Shown: in pieces, positions 28,638 to 38,391 of the stretch
Numbering within the stretch: position 1 is the first letter of the stretch
How the letters are laid out: each line of letters begins with the position of its first letter
Assembly (NCBI GenBank): GCA_947623285.1
Contig: CANQGP010000002.1
Location: 64,773 to 128,772, forward strand
Length of the DNA: 64,000 nt
From: an uncultured Clostridia bacterium
Lineage (GTDB): Bacteria; Bacillota; Clostridia; TANB77; CAG-508
Reading direction: 5' to 3'
Position numbers and translations under genes: made by a program
Notes under the pieces: generated by a model
Told to the model about the DNA's origin: nothing
Database searches by the model: none
Seen by the model: only the letters and a program-made list of their open reading frames with translations

Positions 28638-30221
28638 ATGTTACAGGCGAATAATGTCACTATCAGATTTGGAAAGCGTGTACTTTTTGAAGATGTTAAT
28701 ATACGCTTTAGCAAAGGTGAATGTTATGGAATTATTGGAGCTAATGGTGCTGGCAAGTCTACTTTTTTGAAGGTTTTGTCTGGTAATCTTGAGCCTAGCA
28801 AAGGAGATGTTAGCAAGGATAAGACCGAGAGGATTTCTGTTTTGAAGCAGGATCACTTTGCTTATGAGGATTTTACGGTTATTGATACGGTAATAATGGG
28901 AAATGAAGAGTTATACAGGATTATGAAGGAGAAAGATGAAATTTATGCAAAGCCTGATTTTAATGAGGAAGATGGAATGAAGGCAGCTAAGTTAGAGGAG
29001 CGCTTTGCTGAGCTTGATGGTTGGAATGCTGATTCTGATGCGGCTATTTTGTTGAATGATTTAGGTATTTCTCCTGAAAATCATTATAAACAAATGAAGG
29101 AGATTGAAGCTAAGGATAAGGTAAAGGTTTTGCTTGCTCAGGCTTTATTTGGAAATCCAGATATTTTGCTTTTGGATGAGCCTACTAATGATTTGGATTT
29201 GAAGAGTATTAATTGGTTACAAGAGTTTTTGATTAATTTTGAGAATACGGTAATAGTTGTTTCTCATGATAGATATTTTTTAAATAAGGTTTGTACTTAT
29301 ATTGCTGATGTTGATTTTGGTAAGATTAAGGTTTATCCTGGAAATTATGATTTCTGGTACGAATCGAGTCAATTAGCTCAGAAGCAAGCAAGGGAGCAAA
29401 ATAAGAAGAAAGAGGAGAAGATAAAGGAGTTACAAGATTTTATTGCTAGGTTTAGTGCTAATGCTTCAAAGTCTAAGCAAGCGACTTCTAGGAAGAAGAC
29501 TTTGGAAAAGATTCAGCTTGAGGAAATTAGGCCTTCGAACAGGAAATACCCTTATGTTGATTTTAAGCCTGACAGAGAGCCTGGTAAGGAGATTTTGACT
29601 TTGAAAGGTATTAGTAAGTCTGTTGATGGGGTTAAGGTTTTGAATAATGTTTCTTTTACGGTGAAACAAGATGATAAGATTGCTTTTTTGGCGGATAATG
29701 AGAATGCTAAGACTTTACTTTTCCAAATTGTTGCTGGAGAGGTTGAGCCTGACGAGGGTGAGTTGATTTGGGGAACAACTATAACGAAGAGTTATTTCCC
29801 TAAGGATAATAATTATTTGTTTGAGACAGATGAGGATTTGACTAATTGGTTACGTAAGTATTCGAAGGATCCTGATGAGACTTATGTTAGAAGCTTTTTG
29901 GGCAGAATGTTGTTTTCTGGTGATGAAGCTTTGAAAAAGGTTAAGGTTTTATCTGGTGGAGAAAAGGTGAGATGTGTTTTGTCAAAGATGATGCTTTCTG
30001 GAGCTAATTTTTTGATTTTTGATGAACCGACGAATCATTTGGATATGGAGAGTATAACTTCTGTGAATGAGGGTATGAAGAAGTTTACTGGTAATATTTT
30101 GTTTACTTCTCATGATCACGAGTTGACTCAGACTGTTGCTAATAGGATTATTGATATTAAGGAAAGTGGAGAAATTGTTGATAGAGAGACGACTTATAAT
30201 GAGTATTTAGGGATTGAGTAG
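28638..30221 (+). CDS. ABC-F family ATPase (two tandem ABC domains, no TM domain; translation factor / ribosome-protection type)
   Basis: 527 aa. It has two Walker A motifs (GANGAGKST and a second P-loop region), two LSGGE signatures (the second is LSGGEKVR) and an inter-domain linker. An AAAGGAGG ribosome-binding site is present. Confidence 0.85.
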   Translation: MLQANNVTIRFGKRVLFEDVNIRFSKGECYGIIGANGAGKSTFLKVLSGNLEPSKGDVSKDKTERISVLKQDHFAYEDFTVIDTVIMGNEELYRIMKEKDEIYAKPDFNEEDGMKAAKLEERFAELDGWNADSDAAILLNDLGISPENHYKQMKEIEAKDKVKVLLAQALFGNPDILLLDEPTNDLDLKSINWLQEFLINFENTVIVVSHDRYFLNKVCTYIADVDFGKIKVYPGNYDFWYESSQLAQKQAREQNKKKEEKIKELQDFIARFSANASKSKQATSRKKTLEKIQLEEIRPSNRKYPYVDFKPDREPGKEILTLKGISKSVDGVKVLNNVSFTVKQDDKIAFLADNENAKTLLFQIVAGEVEPDEGELIWGTTITKSYFPKDNNYLFETDEDLTNWLRKYSKDPDETYVRSFLGRMLFSGDEALKKVKVLSGGEKVRCVLSKMMLSGANFLIFDEPTNHLDMESITSVNEGMKKFTGNILFTSHDHELTQTVANRIIDIKESGEIVDRETTYNEYLGIE

Positions 30222-30348
30222 GTCTCGGTGCATATATTGACAAATTTTGTGTATGTTTTTATATTGTGATTGCTTGTTTTTATAGGCATGTTTGACAAAT
30301 TCTGTGTATTATGTTAAAATGTTTACATAAATTTTATGGAGGCTTTTA

Positions 30349-30761
30349 TGTTGAATTCTCAAAATACAAAGACACGGAAAGATATTCAACTTTCCTGGAT
30401 AAATGAAGTTTTTAATGCTATGCTTTTTGACGATGGATTAAAGGATGATGATAGAGAGTTATTGGAAAAGAATGAAAAGTTCTTAGAAAAGTTAGTTGAA
30501 CGTTATGATGCTAATTTAACTATTAATGAGTTGAATTATGAAATTGATTTGGCTGATGTAAAATATATCTTGGAAAAAAGATTTGATGACGTTTTTATCA
30601 TTCAGGATGGTAAACAAGTTGGTAAGAATTTTAATCCTAATATGCAGGCATTGATTCTTATACGGGATGAGTTGGAATTTTTTAAAGAAGAATATTTTAT
30701 TGTGTATGTGTATTTTGGCAGATTTGATTATCGCCTATTTTCAGATTTTTTTGATTTTTGA
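30349..30761 (+). CDS. Hypothetical protein
   Basis: About 137 aa. The ATG at 30349 follows a GGAGG ribosome-binding site (the ORF track gives 30336). Duplicated promoter-like sequences ttgacaaatt(t/c)tgtgtat lie at 30237 and 30290. Confidence 0.4.
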
Positions 30762-30835
30762 TAATGAAAGTTTTGCTCACTAACATGGTTTTGATTGTAG
30801 GTGAGTGCATAAAATTTCATTATCTATCACAAAAA

Positions 30836-30872
30836 CAGCTACTGGCACTTCCAGTAGCTTATTTTTTTTATT
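30836..30872. terminator. Bidirectional terminator between the hypothetical gene and capA
   Basis: agctactgg-cact-tccagtagct followed by T8. Confidence 0.6.
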
Positions 30873-30889
30873 TTAATAGTTTGCTTTTT

Positions 30890-32197
30890 TTATTCTCCTA
30901 AGGATTTTTTTATTTCTTCAAGCTTTTTTTTCAATAGTTCATAGTTTTTGGAACCAAGGGATAGGTCTCCTGCATCATAAGCTGTAATTGAACGTTCTAT
31001 GTCAAATATTTTAAATAGTTGTGCCCCTTTTGTTTCGGTTTCTTTTGTTGCTTTTTCTTTGTAGAAGTATGTAGGGACATAGTCTGAACTGTCAATTGTT
31101 ATTGTGTTGTTTTTATGTTTTGTTATTTTGATGTTTACGAGTGCTGAGCTTTTAGATGCTTCTGATTTTAGGTTTCCTATGAATGTTCCTAAAGAATATA
31201 CGACTAGTCCTTGTTTTTGTGTGCCGTCTTCTAATGTTACTGTTCTTGTTTCTATAGGTTGTAGGACGTGAGGATGTGTTCCCAGTATGACGTTTACTCC
31301 GTTCATGAAAAGGAAGTCGGCTAGGTCTTTTTGGTCGTTTTCGGGTGTTGTTTTAAATTCGTTTCCCCAGTGCAAGCATGCTACAATTACGTCTGCTCCT
31401 TGTTCTTTTGCTTTTGCGATGTTTTGGGACATTGCTGTTCTGTCTATTATGTTTATGCTGTATTCTTGCCCTTCTGGGATTTTTTTGTCTGTTCCATATG
31501 CAAAGTTTAATATTGCGATTTTTATTCCTTTTGAATATTTGAATAGTATGTTGTCATGTTCTTCTTGTGTTTTGAATGTTCCTGTGTGTGAGATGTCGGC
31601 TTTGTTTAGCGTGTCTATTGTTCTGTTTAACCCTTCTATGTTATAGTCTAGGCTATGGTTAGTTGCTGTTGTTAATACGTTTACTCCTATGCTTTTTAGG
31701 TTGTTTGCTAATGTGTCTGGAGCATTATAGGAAGCGAGCTTGTTTTCTTCACCTGCAAATGATGCTTCTAAGTTGCCTATGACTAGGTCGCTGGTTTGGG
31801 TGTAGTATTTTATATTTTCGAGTAGGTATGAGAAGTTATATGTGTTGGTTTCTTTGACAAGTGCGTCTTCGGTTAAGCTGTTTTCGGTTAGGATGTCTCC
31901 TATTCCGGTTAATACAAATGTTGCTTCTTCGTTTGTTTTTTCGGTGTTGTTTTCGGAGTTGTTTTCTTGCGGATTAGCTTCTTGCTCGGTTTTTTCAGGT
32001 TCGTTGTTTTTTGATGCTAATTCGTCTGCTGTGGTTTTGAATAGATTGTTAAGTGAGTTTTCTCCGAATAGTTTGAATCCGAATGATATTACGCAAGCTA
32101 CGGTCATACATATTACTAATATGAACAACACTTTCATTTGGAAGCGATGTTTTTTTTGTGCTTGTAATCGACGTCTTTGCCTAATGTTTCTTGCCAA
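30890..32197 (-). CDS. capA: CapA-family (poly-gamma-glutamate synthesis / metallophosphoesterase-like) membrane-anchored protein
   Basis: 435 aa. It has an N-terminal TM helix and the CapA signature region (VLTGIGDIL..., GNLEASFAGE, HWGNEF, ILGTHPHVLQP). Confidence 0.7.
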   Translation of the reverse strand: MARNIRQRRRLQAQKKHRFQMKVLFILVICMTVACVISFGFKLFGENSLNNLFKTTADELASKNNEPEKTEQEANPQENNSENNTEKTNEEATFVLTGIGDILTENSLTEDALVKETNTYNFSYLLENIKYYTQTSDLVIGNLEASFAGEENKLASYNAPDTLANNLKSIGVNVLTTATNHSLDYNIEGLNRTIDTLNKADISHTGTFKTQEEHDNILFKYSKGIKIAILNFAYGTDKKIPEGQEYSINIIDRTAMSQNIAKAKEQGADVIVACLHWGNEFKTTPENDQKDLADFLFMNGVNVILGTHPHVLQPIETRTVTLEDGTQKQGLVVYSLGTFIGNLKSEASKSSALVNIKITKHKNNTITIDSSDYVPTYFYKEKATKETETKGAQLFKIFDIERSITAYDAGDLSLGSKNYELLKKKLEEIKKSLGE

Positions 32198-32465
32198 AAA
32201 ATCACCTACTCTCTTTTTTGTTTTTGTACATGGAAATTATAGCATAGTGGTTGTTTTTTTTCAAGGATGTTATTTGTGTTGAAGTGAACACAAAATGTTA
32301 GACAGAATTTTTTATAATTATTTACTTTGTGAGTGTGTGTTTTTTGTTTTTATAGGAATATTTTTAATATATTTCGAAAATTTTCCTCAAACCTATTGCA
32401 AAATGTTTGAAAATAGTGTATAATAGCATTCAGTGTTGCGAATATTTAACACTTATATATTATGT

Positions 32466-32540
32466 GGCCCGTTGGTCAAGAGGTTAAGACACCGCCCTTT
32501 CACGGCGGAGACATGGGTTCAATTCCCGTACGGGTCACCA
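32466..32540 (+). tRNA. tRNA-Glu (anticodon TTC), CCA encoded
   Basis: Acceptor GGCCCGT/ACGGGTC, anticodon stem-loop CCGCC-CTTTCAC-GGCGG. A promoter TTGCAA-17-TATAAT lies at 32392-32420. A terminator hairpin aaccttgag...ttcaaggttttttt lies at 32547-32590. Confidence 0.85.
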
Positions 32541-32612
32541 TCCTCAAAACCTTGAGATACTTATTATTAAGTGTTTCAAGGTTTTTTTATTGTTAAAGAT
32601 AACAAGGACAAC

Positions 32613-32665
32613 AAGGTTCTGGGGTACCCACTGCAATCTCTGATTGCTTAGTGGGTCAGGTTCTT
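32613..32665 (+). repeat. Copy 2 of the palindromic intergenic repeat (53 bp). It is inverted relative to copy 3 at 37795-37847
   Basis: aaggttctggggtacccactgcaatctctgattgcttagtgggtcaggttctt. It has an internal 12-bp hairpin and flanking GGTTCT direct repeats. Its reverse complement matches 37795-37847 at about 47/53. Confidence 0.7.
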
Positions 32666-32692
32666 ATTCTACAAAGAAAGGATTTTTGAAAG

Positions 32693-33445
32693 ATGTACAA
32701 AAATTTGCGTGGTCATGATGACAAGAAAATTGCTATTGTTACTGGTGGTTCTAGAGGTATTGGTAAGGCAATAGTTAAGGCTTTGGCTGAGATGAAGAAT
32801 TTTATTGTTGTTGTGGATTATAACCAAACTAATGCTCAAATTATGCAGTCTGAGTTGTTTGAACAGGGTATTTCTATTGATATTTTTAAGGCTGATATTT
32901 CTAAGCAAAAGGATATTGATGCTTTAGTTGATTATACTTTGAATAAGTATGGTCGAATTGATATTCTTGTGAATAATGCTGGTGTTAGCTGTTATAAGCT
33001 GACTCAGGATGTGACGAAGGCTGATTGGGACAGAGTTGTAGGTACTAATTTATTTGGAACTTTTGCGATGTGCCAGAGGGTTATTGATTCGATGGTTGAT
33101 AATCACTGTGGCTGTATTATTAATATTTCCTCAATTTGGGGTTTGGTTGGCGCTTCTATGGAAAGTTTATATTCTTTGACAAAGGGCGGAATTAATGCTT
33201 TTACTAAGAGTTTAGCTAAGGAGTTAGCTCCTTCTGGAATAAGGGTTAATGCTATTGCTCCTGGTATGATTATGACTGATATGAATAGCGATTGGTCTGA
33301 TGAGGAGTTGGAGCAAATTAAGGAGGAGATTCCTTTGGGCAGATTTGGCCAACCTGAGGATGTAGCTCAATGTGTTAAATGGTTAGTGGCAGATAATTAT
33401 ACCACTGGTCAGATTATTTCTCCTAATGGTGGTTGGGTGATTTAA
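32693..33445 (+). CDS. Short-chain dehydrogenase/reductase, FabG-like 3-oxoacyl-ACP reductase family
   Basis: 250 aa. It has TGGSRGIGKAI (Rossmann), NNAG and the catalytic YSLTKGG (YxxxK). Confidence 0.8.
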   Translation: MYKNLRGHDDKKIAIVTGGSRGIGKAIVKALAEMKNFIVVVDYNQTNAQIMQSELFEQGISIDIFKADISKQKDIDALVDYTLNKYGRIDILVNNAGVSCYKLTQDVTKADWDRVVGTNLFGTFAMCQRVIDSMVDNHCGCIINISSIWGLVGASMESLYSLTKGGINAFTKSLAKELAPSGIRVNAIAPGMIMTDMNSDWSDEELEQIKEEIPLGRFGQPEDVAQCVKWLVADNYTTGQIISPNGGWVI

Positions 33446-33517
33446 TAGATGATAAGAACCCTACTCTCTTATGTGATTAAATATTACAAGTGGGTACATT
33501 AAGATTTTGTTTTTTTT

Positions 33518-33552
33518 GAAAATAAAACCACGGCTATTGCCGTGGTTTTAAG
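33518..33552. terminator. Strong bidirectional terminator
   Basis: aaaaccacggc-tatt-gccgtggtttt. Confidence 0.65.
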
Positions 33553-33664
33553 GATTAAAGTAAATTATAGGTTTATAATTAAAATTAATTAATTATCGTT
33601 TTTGTTGGTTTTATGTTTAAGTTTTTTCTTAAGTATAAAACCTTCTATTTATTTGTTTATATTT

Positions 33665-34135
33665 TTAGTTGTCGTTTTTTATTTTTCTTTTATAATTTCC
33701 TGATATTAGTTTTGGTAAGTATGTTATTATTTTGTATACTGCTAGACGAACTTTTTTGCTCCATAGGTATGATCTTCTTAGTTTTCTAACTGATCCTAGT
33801 GCGACTGGTTCGTCTTCTAATACTGCTAGTTCTGTTTGTGGTTTTTCTAATGGAAAACTATAGTTTTCGCCTTCGTTGTTGTCCCATTTTCCTTCATTAT
33901 TATAAAAACAGAAGTTGAATGTTTCTACACCATTAAGTTCGATTTCGGCTTGGAAACCAAGTTCTGTTTTGTTCATTTCTAAATCTGTAACACCTTCCCA
34001 GTTTTCTCCAAATCCATAGTGTATTGATACTTTTTCTGATTCGTCTTGAAAGAATTCTCCTGTGTAAGAGATTTTGACTGTGGTGTTTTCTATTAGTTTA
34101 TCTGTATTAAAAAATATATTTTTTGTAAGCTCCAT
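33665..34135 (-). CDS. Hypothetical protein (possible beta-sandwich/carbohydrate-binding-like fold)
   Basis: 156 aa with a W/N/G-rich region (GENWEGVTDLEMNKTELGFQAEIELNG...EGKWDNNEGENYSF). No firm family assignment. Confidence 0.35.
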   Translation of the reverse strand: MELTKNIFFNTDKLIENTTVKISYTGEFFQDESEKVSIHYGFGENWEGVTDLEMNKTELGFQAEIELNGVETFNFCFYNNEGKWDNNEGENYSFPLEKPQTELAVLEDEPVALGSVRKLRRSYLWSKKVRLAVYKIITYLPKLISGNYKRKIKNDN

Positions 34136-34355
34136 ATTTTTCTCCTTAATAATTTATCTTTTGCTACGTTTTATTATAATATTAAAAGTTACAAAAAACA
34201 AGACTTTTTTCAAAAAAAAACAAATTTTTTGATTTTTTTCATATTTTGCTTTTGTTATTCATATATTTTAAGGTGAAAAATATTGTAAATTTATTTAAAG
34301 TGTGATAATATCAACTCGAAGATATTAACGAAAGGAAAGAGATGTTGTAGTAGAG

Positions 34356-34856
34356 ATGAAGGAAAAGAAAGGTGTAAGTGTTGAGAAGGATTTGAAGAAG
34401 TCTCAACAAGCGAAGGATGTAGTAAAAGATGATATGAGTACGAAGAAGTCTCGTCAAAAAAATAATGTGACAAAACAGACGAAAGAGCCTCGTCAGAAGA
34501 AAAATGACAAGAAGGCGAAGGAGGCTGGTCAAAAGAAAGATATGGTGAAACAGACGAAGGAAGCTCGTCAGAAGAATGATAAGAAGCCGAAAGAAGCTCG
34601 TCAGAAGAATGATGAGAAGAAGGCGAAAGATATTGAAGCGAAAAAGAAGGAGCTTTTTGGTGATTCGGATACTGATAAGAAGTCTAGTGAGTTTAAACCG
34701 GTGAAGTCTACTGAGACAAAGGGTTTTAATAAAAAGTCTTATCGTGATTCTGAACGTGGTAAACGGTGGTTTGAAGACGAAGTTGATGGTTGGTGTGATT
34801 GCTGTTGGCTTGATCCTTATTCTTTCTACTGTTTTTGCAATTTTAAATATGAATAA
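34356..34856 (+). CDS. Lys-rich repetitive ORF (repeats TKQTKEARQKNDKK(A/P)KEA). Probably the frameshifted N-terminal cytoplasmic part of the downstream VanW-domain protein
   Basis: 166 aa. The last about 35 codons overlap the start of the next ORF in another frame and translate to an implausible Cys/Trp-rich tail. Confidence 0.35.
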   Translation: MKEKKGVSVEKDLKKSQQAKDVVKDDMSTKKSRQKNNVTKQTKEPRQKKNDKKAKEAGQKKDMVKQTKEARQKNDKKPKEARQKNDEKKAKDIEAKKKELFGDSDTDKKSSEFKPVKSTETKGFNKKSYRDSERGKRWFEDEVDGWCDCCWLDPYSFYCFCNFKYE

Positions 34857-36423
34857 TCAGAATATTTTGGATGGCATTTCGATTAAGGGTATTGATGTTT
34901 CTGGTTTGAGTAAGTCTGATGCTATTGGCAAGTTGGAACAGATTTATAATGATAAGTTGGGTACTGAAATTGAGATACAGTATCAAGATTATGAGTCTGC
35001 GATAGATTTGAATCAATTGGAGACTAAGTTTGATATTGAGAAGGCTGTGGATGAGGCTGTTCAGACTGGTCGAAATAGTAATATTTTTGTGAATAATTTT
35101 GAGATTATTTCTACTAAGTTGTTTAAGAAGGATATAGATTTGGAGTCTTCTTTTAATGAGGATATTGCTAGTCAAACTATTGAGGATATTGGTGCTAAAC
35201 TACCTGGAATTGTTGTGGAGTCTAGTTATTATATTGAGGAAAATGATTTGATTGTGGGCAAGGGTACTCCTGGAATTGTTATTGATAAGGAAAAGATGCT
35301 GGATTTGGTTAAGGGTGAGTTGAATAAGACGGAGAAGACCCAAGAAGTGCTTGAGATTCCTGTTATTAATAAGGACCCTGAACCTGTTGATGTGCAGAAG
35401 ATTCATGATGAGGTTTATACTGAGGTAAAGGATGCTTATATTTCGAAGGATCCTTTTGAGGTTCATCCTGAGGTGGATGGTGTTGATTTTGATGTTGAAG
35501 AGGCGAAGACTATTTTGGCTGAGGAAGGAAAGGATGAGTATGTGATTCCTTTGAAGATTACTAAGGCTAAGATAACTTTGAGTCAGATTGGTGATGAGGC
35601 TTTCCCTGATAGGCTTTCGACTTTTACGACGAAGTATGATGCGAGTAATGCGGATAGGACAACGAATTTGAGGATTGCTTGTCAAAAGATAAATGGAAAG
35701 GTTATTTTGCCTGGCGAGACTTTTTCTTATAACAAGACTCTTGGTAAGAGAACGGCTGAGGCAGGTTATAGGAATGGAAAGATTTATGAGAATGGTCAGG
35801 TTGTAGATGGTATTGGTGGTGGAATTTGTCAGATTTCATCTACTTTGTATAATACTGTTTTGATAGCAAATTTGGAGGTTGTTGAGAGAAGAAATCATCA
35901 GTTTGTAACGTCTTATTTGCCTGCTGGTAGGGATGCTACTGTTGTGTATGGCGCAACTGATTTTAAGTTTAAGAATACGAGAAAATATCCGGTTCGTTTG
36001 CAAGCGAGCATTAGTAATGGTATTGCAACTGTTTCGATGTATGGAATAAAAGAGGATGAGGAGTATACTGTAAGTTTTTCTACTAAGACAATTTCTACAA
36101 TAGCTCCAACTACAAAGTATGAGGAGGATTCAAGTTTACCTTCTGGAACTGAAAAGGTGAAGCAAGCAGGTTCAAGTGGTTTGGTTACTGAAACTTATAT
36201 AACTAAGAAGCTTGGTAATAAGATTGTTTCAACTAAGTTGTTGTCTAGAGATACTTATAGTGCTATGCAAAAGATTATTGTTAGAGGAACGGGTGCAGCT
36301 AAGGCTACTCAACCTGCTGATACACCTCAATCTCAGCCAACACTACCTGCTACAGAAGCGACTCCTTCTGATAGTGAAAGTACAGAAAGTGGTCAATCGG
36401 ATCCTGTTAATGGGGATGCTTAA
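34744..36423 (+). CDS. VanW-domain protein with N-terminal TM helix (YoaR-like cell-wall associated)
   Basis: 559 aa. The TM helix is LMVGVIAVGLILILSTVFAIL. The C-terminal VanW-like region reads GETFSYNKTLGKRTAEAGYRNG...GGGICQISSTLYN. The GTG start lacks a ribosome-binding site, so the true start is uncertain. Confidence 0.7.
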   Translation: MILNVVNGGLKTKLMVGVIAVGLILILSTVFAILNMNNQNILDGISIKGIDVSGLSKSDAIGKLEQIYNDKLGTEIEIQYQDYESAIDLNQLETKFDIEKAVDEAVQTGRNSNIFVNNFEIISTKLFKKDIDLESSFNEDIASQTIEDIGAKLPGIVVESSYYIEENDLIVGKGTPGIVIDKEKMLDLVKGELNKTEKTQEVLEIPVINKDPEPVDVQKIHDEVYTEVKDAYISKDPFEVHPEVDGVDFDVEEAKTILAEEGKDEYVIPLKITKAKITLSQIGDEAFPDRLSTFTTKYDASNADRTTNLRIACQKINGKVILPGETFSYNKTLGKRTAEAGYRNGKIYENGQVVDGIGGGICQISSTLYNTVLIANLEVVERRNHQFVTSYLPAGRDATVVYGATDFKFKNTRKYPVRLQASISNGIATVSMYGIKEDEEYTVSFSTKTISTIAPTTKYEEDSSLPSGTEKVKQAGSSGLVTETYITKKLGNKIVSTKLLSRDTYSAMQKIIVRGTGAAKATQPADTPQSQPTLPATEATPSDSESTESGQSDPVNGDA

Positions 36424-37794
36424 ATTAAGAAATTTTGAAAAAAATAAATTTTTGAATTATTATTTTAAGTTTTTTGAAAAAATAGTTTTTGAGAAGATTA
36501 AATATTTTTCTGCCTAACTTTTATGGTTAGGCAGTTTTTATTATTGATTTTTTGCTTTTTTGTTTCTAACTTTTATTATTTATTTTTTAAGCTTTTGTTT
36601 TTTGTTTATCTTTTTTATATAGTAATTTATTTTAATTATCTTTTTGTTTATCTAATATATTTTTATTTTTTATTTTTTAAAAATTATTTTTTTGTTTTTA
36701 TTTTTATATTTTTTTATTTAATTGTTTTTTTGTTTGTTAAATAATATTTTTATAAATAATATTTTTAAATTTTTAAATAATTTCTTAAGTGCAATTACAT
36801 AAATATCATTTTTGCAAGCATAATTACTTGCAAATTCATTTCAATTAAGTGTACATAATTTTTAAGATGAAAAGTTTTTCTCTTTTTATTAAATTTTCTC
36901 TAATTTCAATTATTTTTTTGGTTTACACTTTTTTGCATTTTTTAATTTCTTTTGAAATTTTTGTTACTTTTTTTCATTTTTAAGAAAATTTTATTTTGAG
37001 ATTTTTTTCAGTTCTTCTACGCATTATTGGAGAATATGACTTTGATTTTTTAAATTTTATACAAGTAAACATAAATGTGGTTTTTCTTTGAATGTTACAT
37101 AATATCAAAATAATAAATGAATTTTTTCTTTGATTTGCTCTCTTGTGATATGTAAACTACTGATTGTTTTTTGTAGTTACTCATATAAGTGCGTTTTTGA
37201 ATGTTGAGCTGATACGTTAATTTTTTAAATGTGTCCATAAAATTTACTTTTTTTTCGTCTTTTTATTTTTACTTTTTTGATTTTTTGAAATTTTCAAACT
37301 TTAAACCCTTACGCATGAGTGACTTTTTTTTGTTTGATGCTTTTTTTATAATTTTCTTGTTTGATTTTTTTCGAATTTTTGTGCGTATTACATAAAATTG
37401 TTCGATTTCTTTGTTCTGGTTGTAGTTTTATGATTAAAAATCTCTTTGAAATTTTATGATTTTGAGATTGAATTTTTAGATTTTTAACTTTCTTAATTAT
37501 TGTTTTCTGTTTTTTTACTTTTTTTATTTTTATTTTTTAAAATTTTTATTATTTTTTAATTTTATTTTTTTATATTATTTTTTTATTATTAAATTTTTTA
37601 TCTTTTTTGTTTTTATTTTTTATTATTTCTTTATTTTTTATTTTTATTTTAATCTCTTATAGTTTTTTTATTTCTTTATTTTTTATTTTCTGTTTTTATT
37701 TAGATTTTTCGTTTTTTTATTTTTTTCTTATTTTAATTTTTCTATATAAATTATTGTAAGATTATATTTAAGAAATAAATATAATTTTTATAAT
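36424..37794. other. 1.4-kb non-coding, extremely T-rich low-complexity tract
   Basis: No ORF longer than 75 aa on either strand. Long runs of ttttatttttt-type sequence. It is bounded on the right by repeat copy 3. Confidence 0.6.
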
Positions 37795-37847
37795 AAGAAC
37801 CTGGCTCACTTAGCAATCAAAAATTGCATTGGGTACCCCAGAACCTT
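37795..37847 (-). repeat. Copy 3 of the palindromic intergenic repeat (inverted orientation)
   Basis: aagaacctggctcacttagcaatcaaaaattgcattgggtaccccagaacctt. Confidence 0.7.
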
Positions 37848-37861
37848 ATTTTATATAACAA

Positions 37862-37902
37862 AAAAACTAGCCTTCTAACCTTTTAGAATGACTAGTTTTT
37901 AT
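37862..37902 (-). terminator. Terminator of the minus-strand tRNA pair
   Basis: Nested hairpin aaaaactag-cc-ttctaa-cctt-ttagaa-tga-ctagttttt. Confidence 0.55.
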
Positions 37903-37904
37903 TT

Positions 37905-37981
37905 TGGAGCCACTTCCCAGATTCGAACTGGGGACCCCCGCATTACAAGTGCGGTGCTCTGGCCAACTGAGCTAAAGTGGC
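37905..37981 (-). tRNA. tRNA-Thr (anticodon TGT), CCA encoded
   Basis: In reverse complement: GCCACTTTAGCTCAGTTGGCCAGAGCACCGCACTTGTAATGCGGGGGTCCCCAGTTCGAATCTGGGAAGTGGCTCCA. Confidence 0.85.
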
Positions 37982-38025
37982 ATTTGTAAGAACTAAATAA
38001 TTTTTCTATTTAGTTCTTTTTGTTT

Positions 38026-38101
38026 TGGTGAGCTATCCGCGACTCGAACGCGGGACAACTTGATTAAAAGTCAAGTGCTCTACCACCTGAGCTAATAGCC
38101 C
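38026..38101 (-). tRNA. tRNA-Lys (anticodon TTT), CCA encoded
   Basis: In reverse complement: GGGCTATTAGCTCAGGTGGTAGAGCACTTGACTTTTAATCAAGTTGTCCCGCGTTCGAGTCGCGGATAGCTCACCA. A promoter TTGACA-17-TAAACT lies upstream on the minus strand (about 38126-38162). Confidence 0.85.
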
Positions 38102-38190
38102 AATTAGGTTGTTTTATTTACAACACTTATTTAGTTTACAATATTTTTGGCTTATTGTCAAGTGTTTTTTGTTTTTTTGTTTATTTTTTG

Positions 38191-38391
38191 TTAATTTTCT
38201 TTTTTATTTTCGTTTAGTTTTTCTAATACTTCTTCTACGTCTATTCCGTGAACTTGGCATGCTTCTTCTATTGTTTCCATTTGTGATGCTGGACATCCTA
38301 GGCAATGCATTCCTACTTCTAGTAGTATTTCTGCTTTTTCTGGAGCTTTTTCTAATAACTCCCCTATTTGTGTATCTTTATTGAATTTCAT
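38191..38391 (-). CDS. DUF1858-type small redox (hybrid-cluster-protein-associated disulfide) protein
   Basis: 66 aa with the motif GMHCLGCPAS. Confidence 0.6.
   Translation of the reverse strand: MKFNKDTQIGELLEKAPEKAEILLEVGMHCLGCPASQMETIEEACQVHGIDVEEVLEKLNENKKEN

Noticed and set aside
36523-36744. 73-aa ORF in the T-rich tract
   Set aside because: Poly-Phe/Leu/Tyr translation of a homopolymeric T-rich sequence, with no ribosome-binding site.
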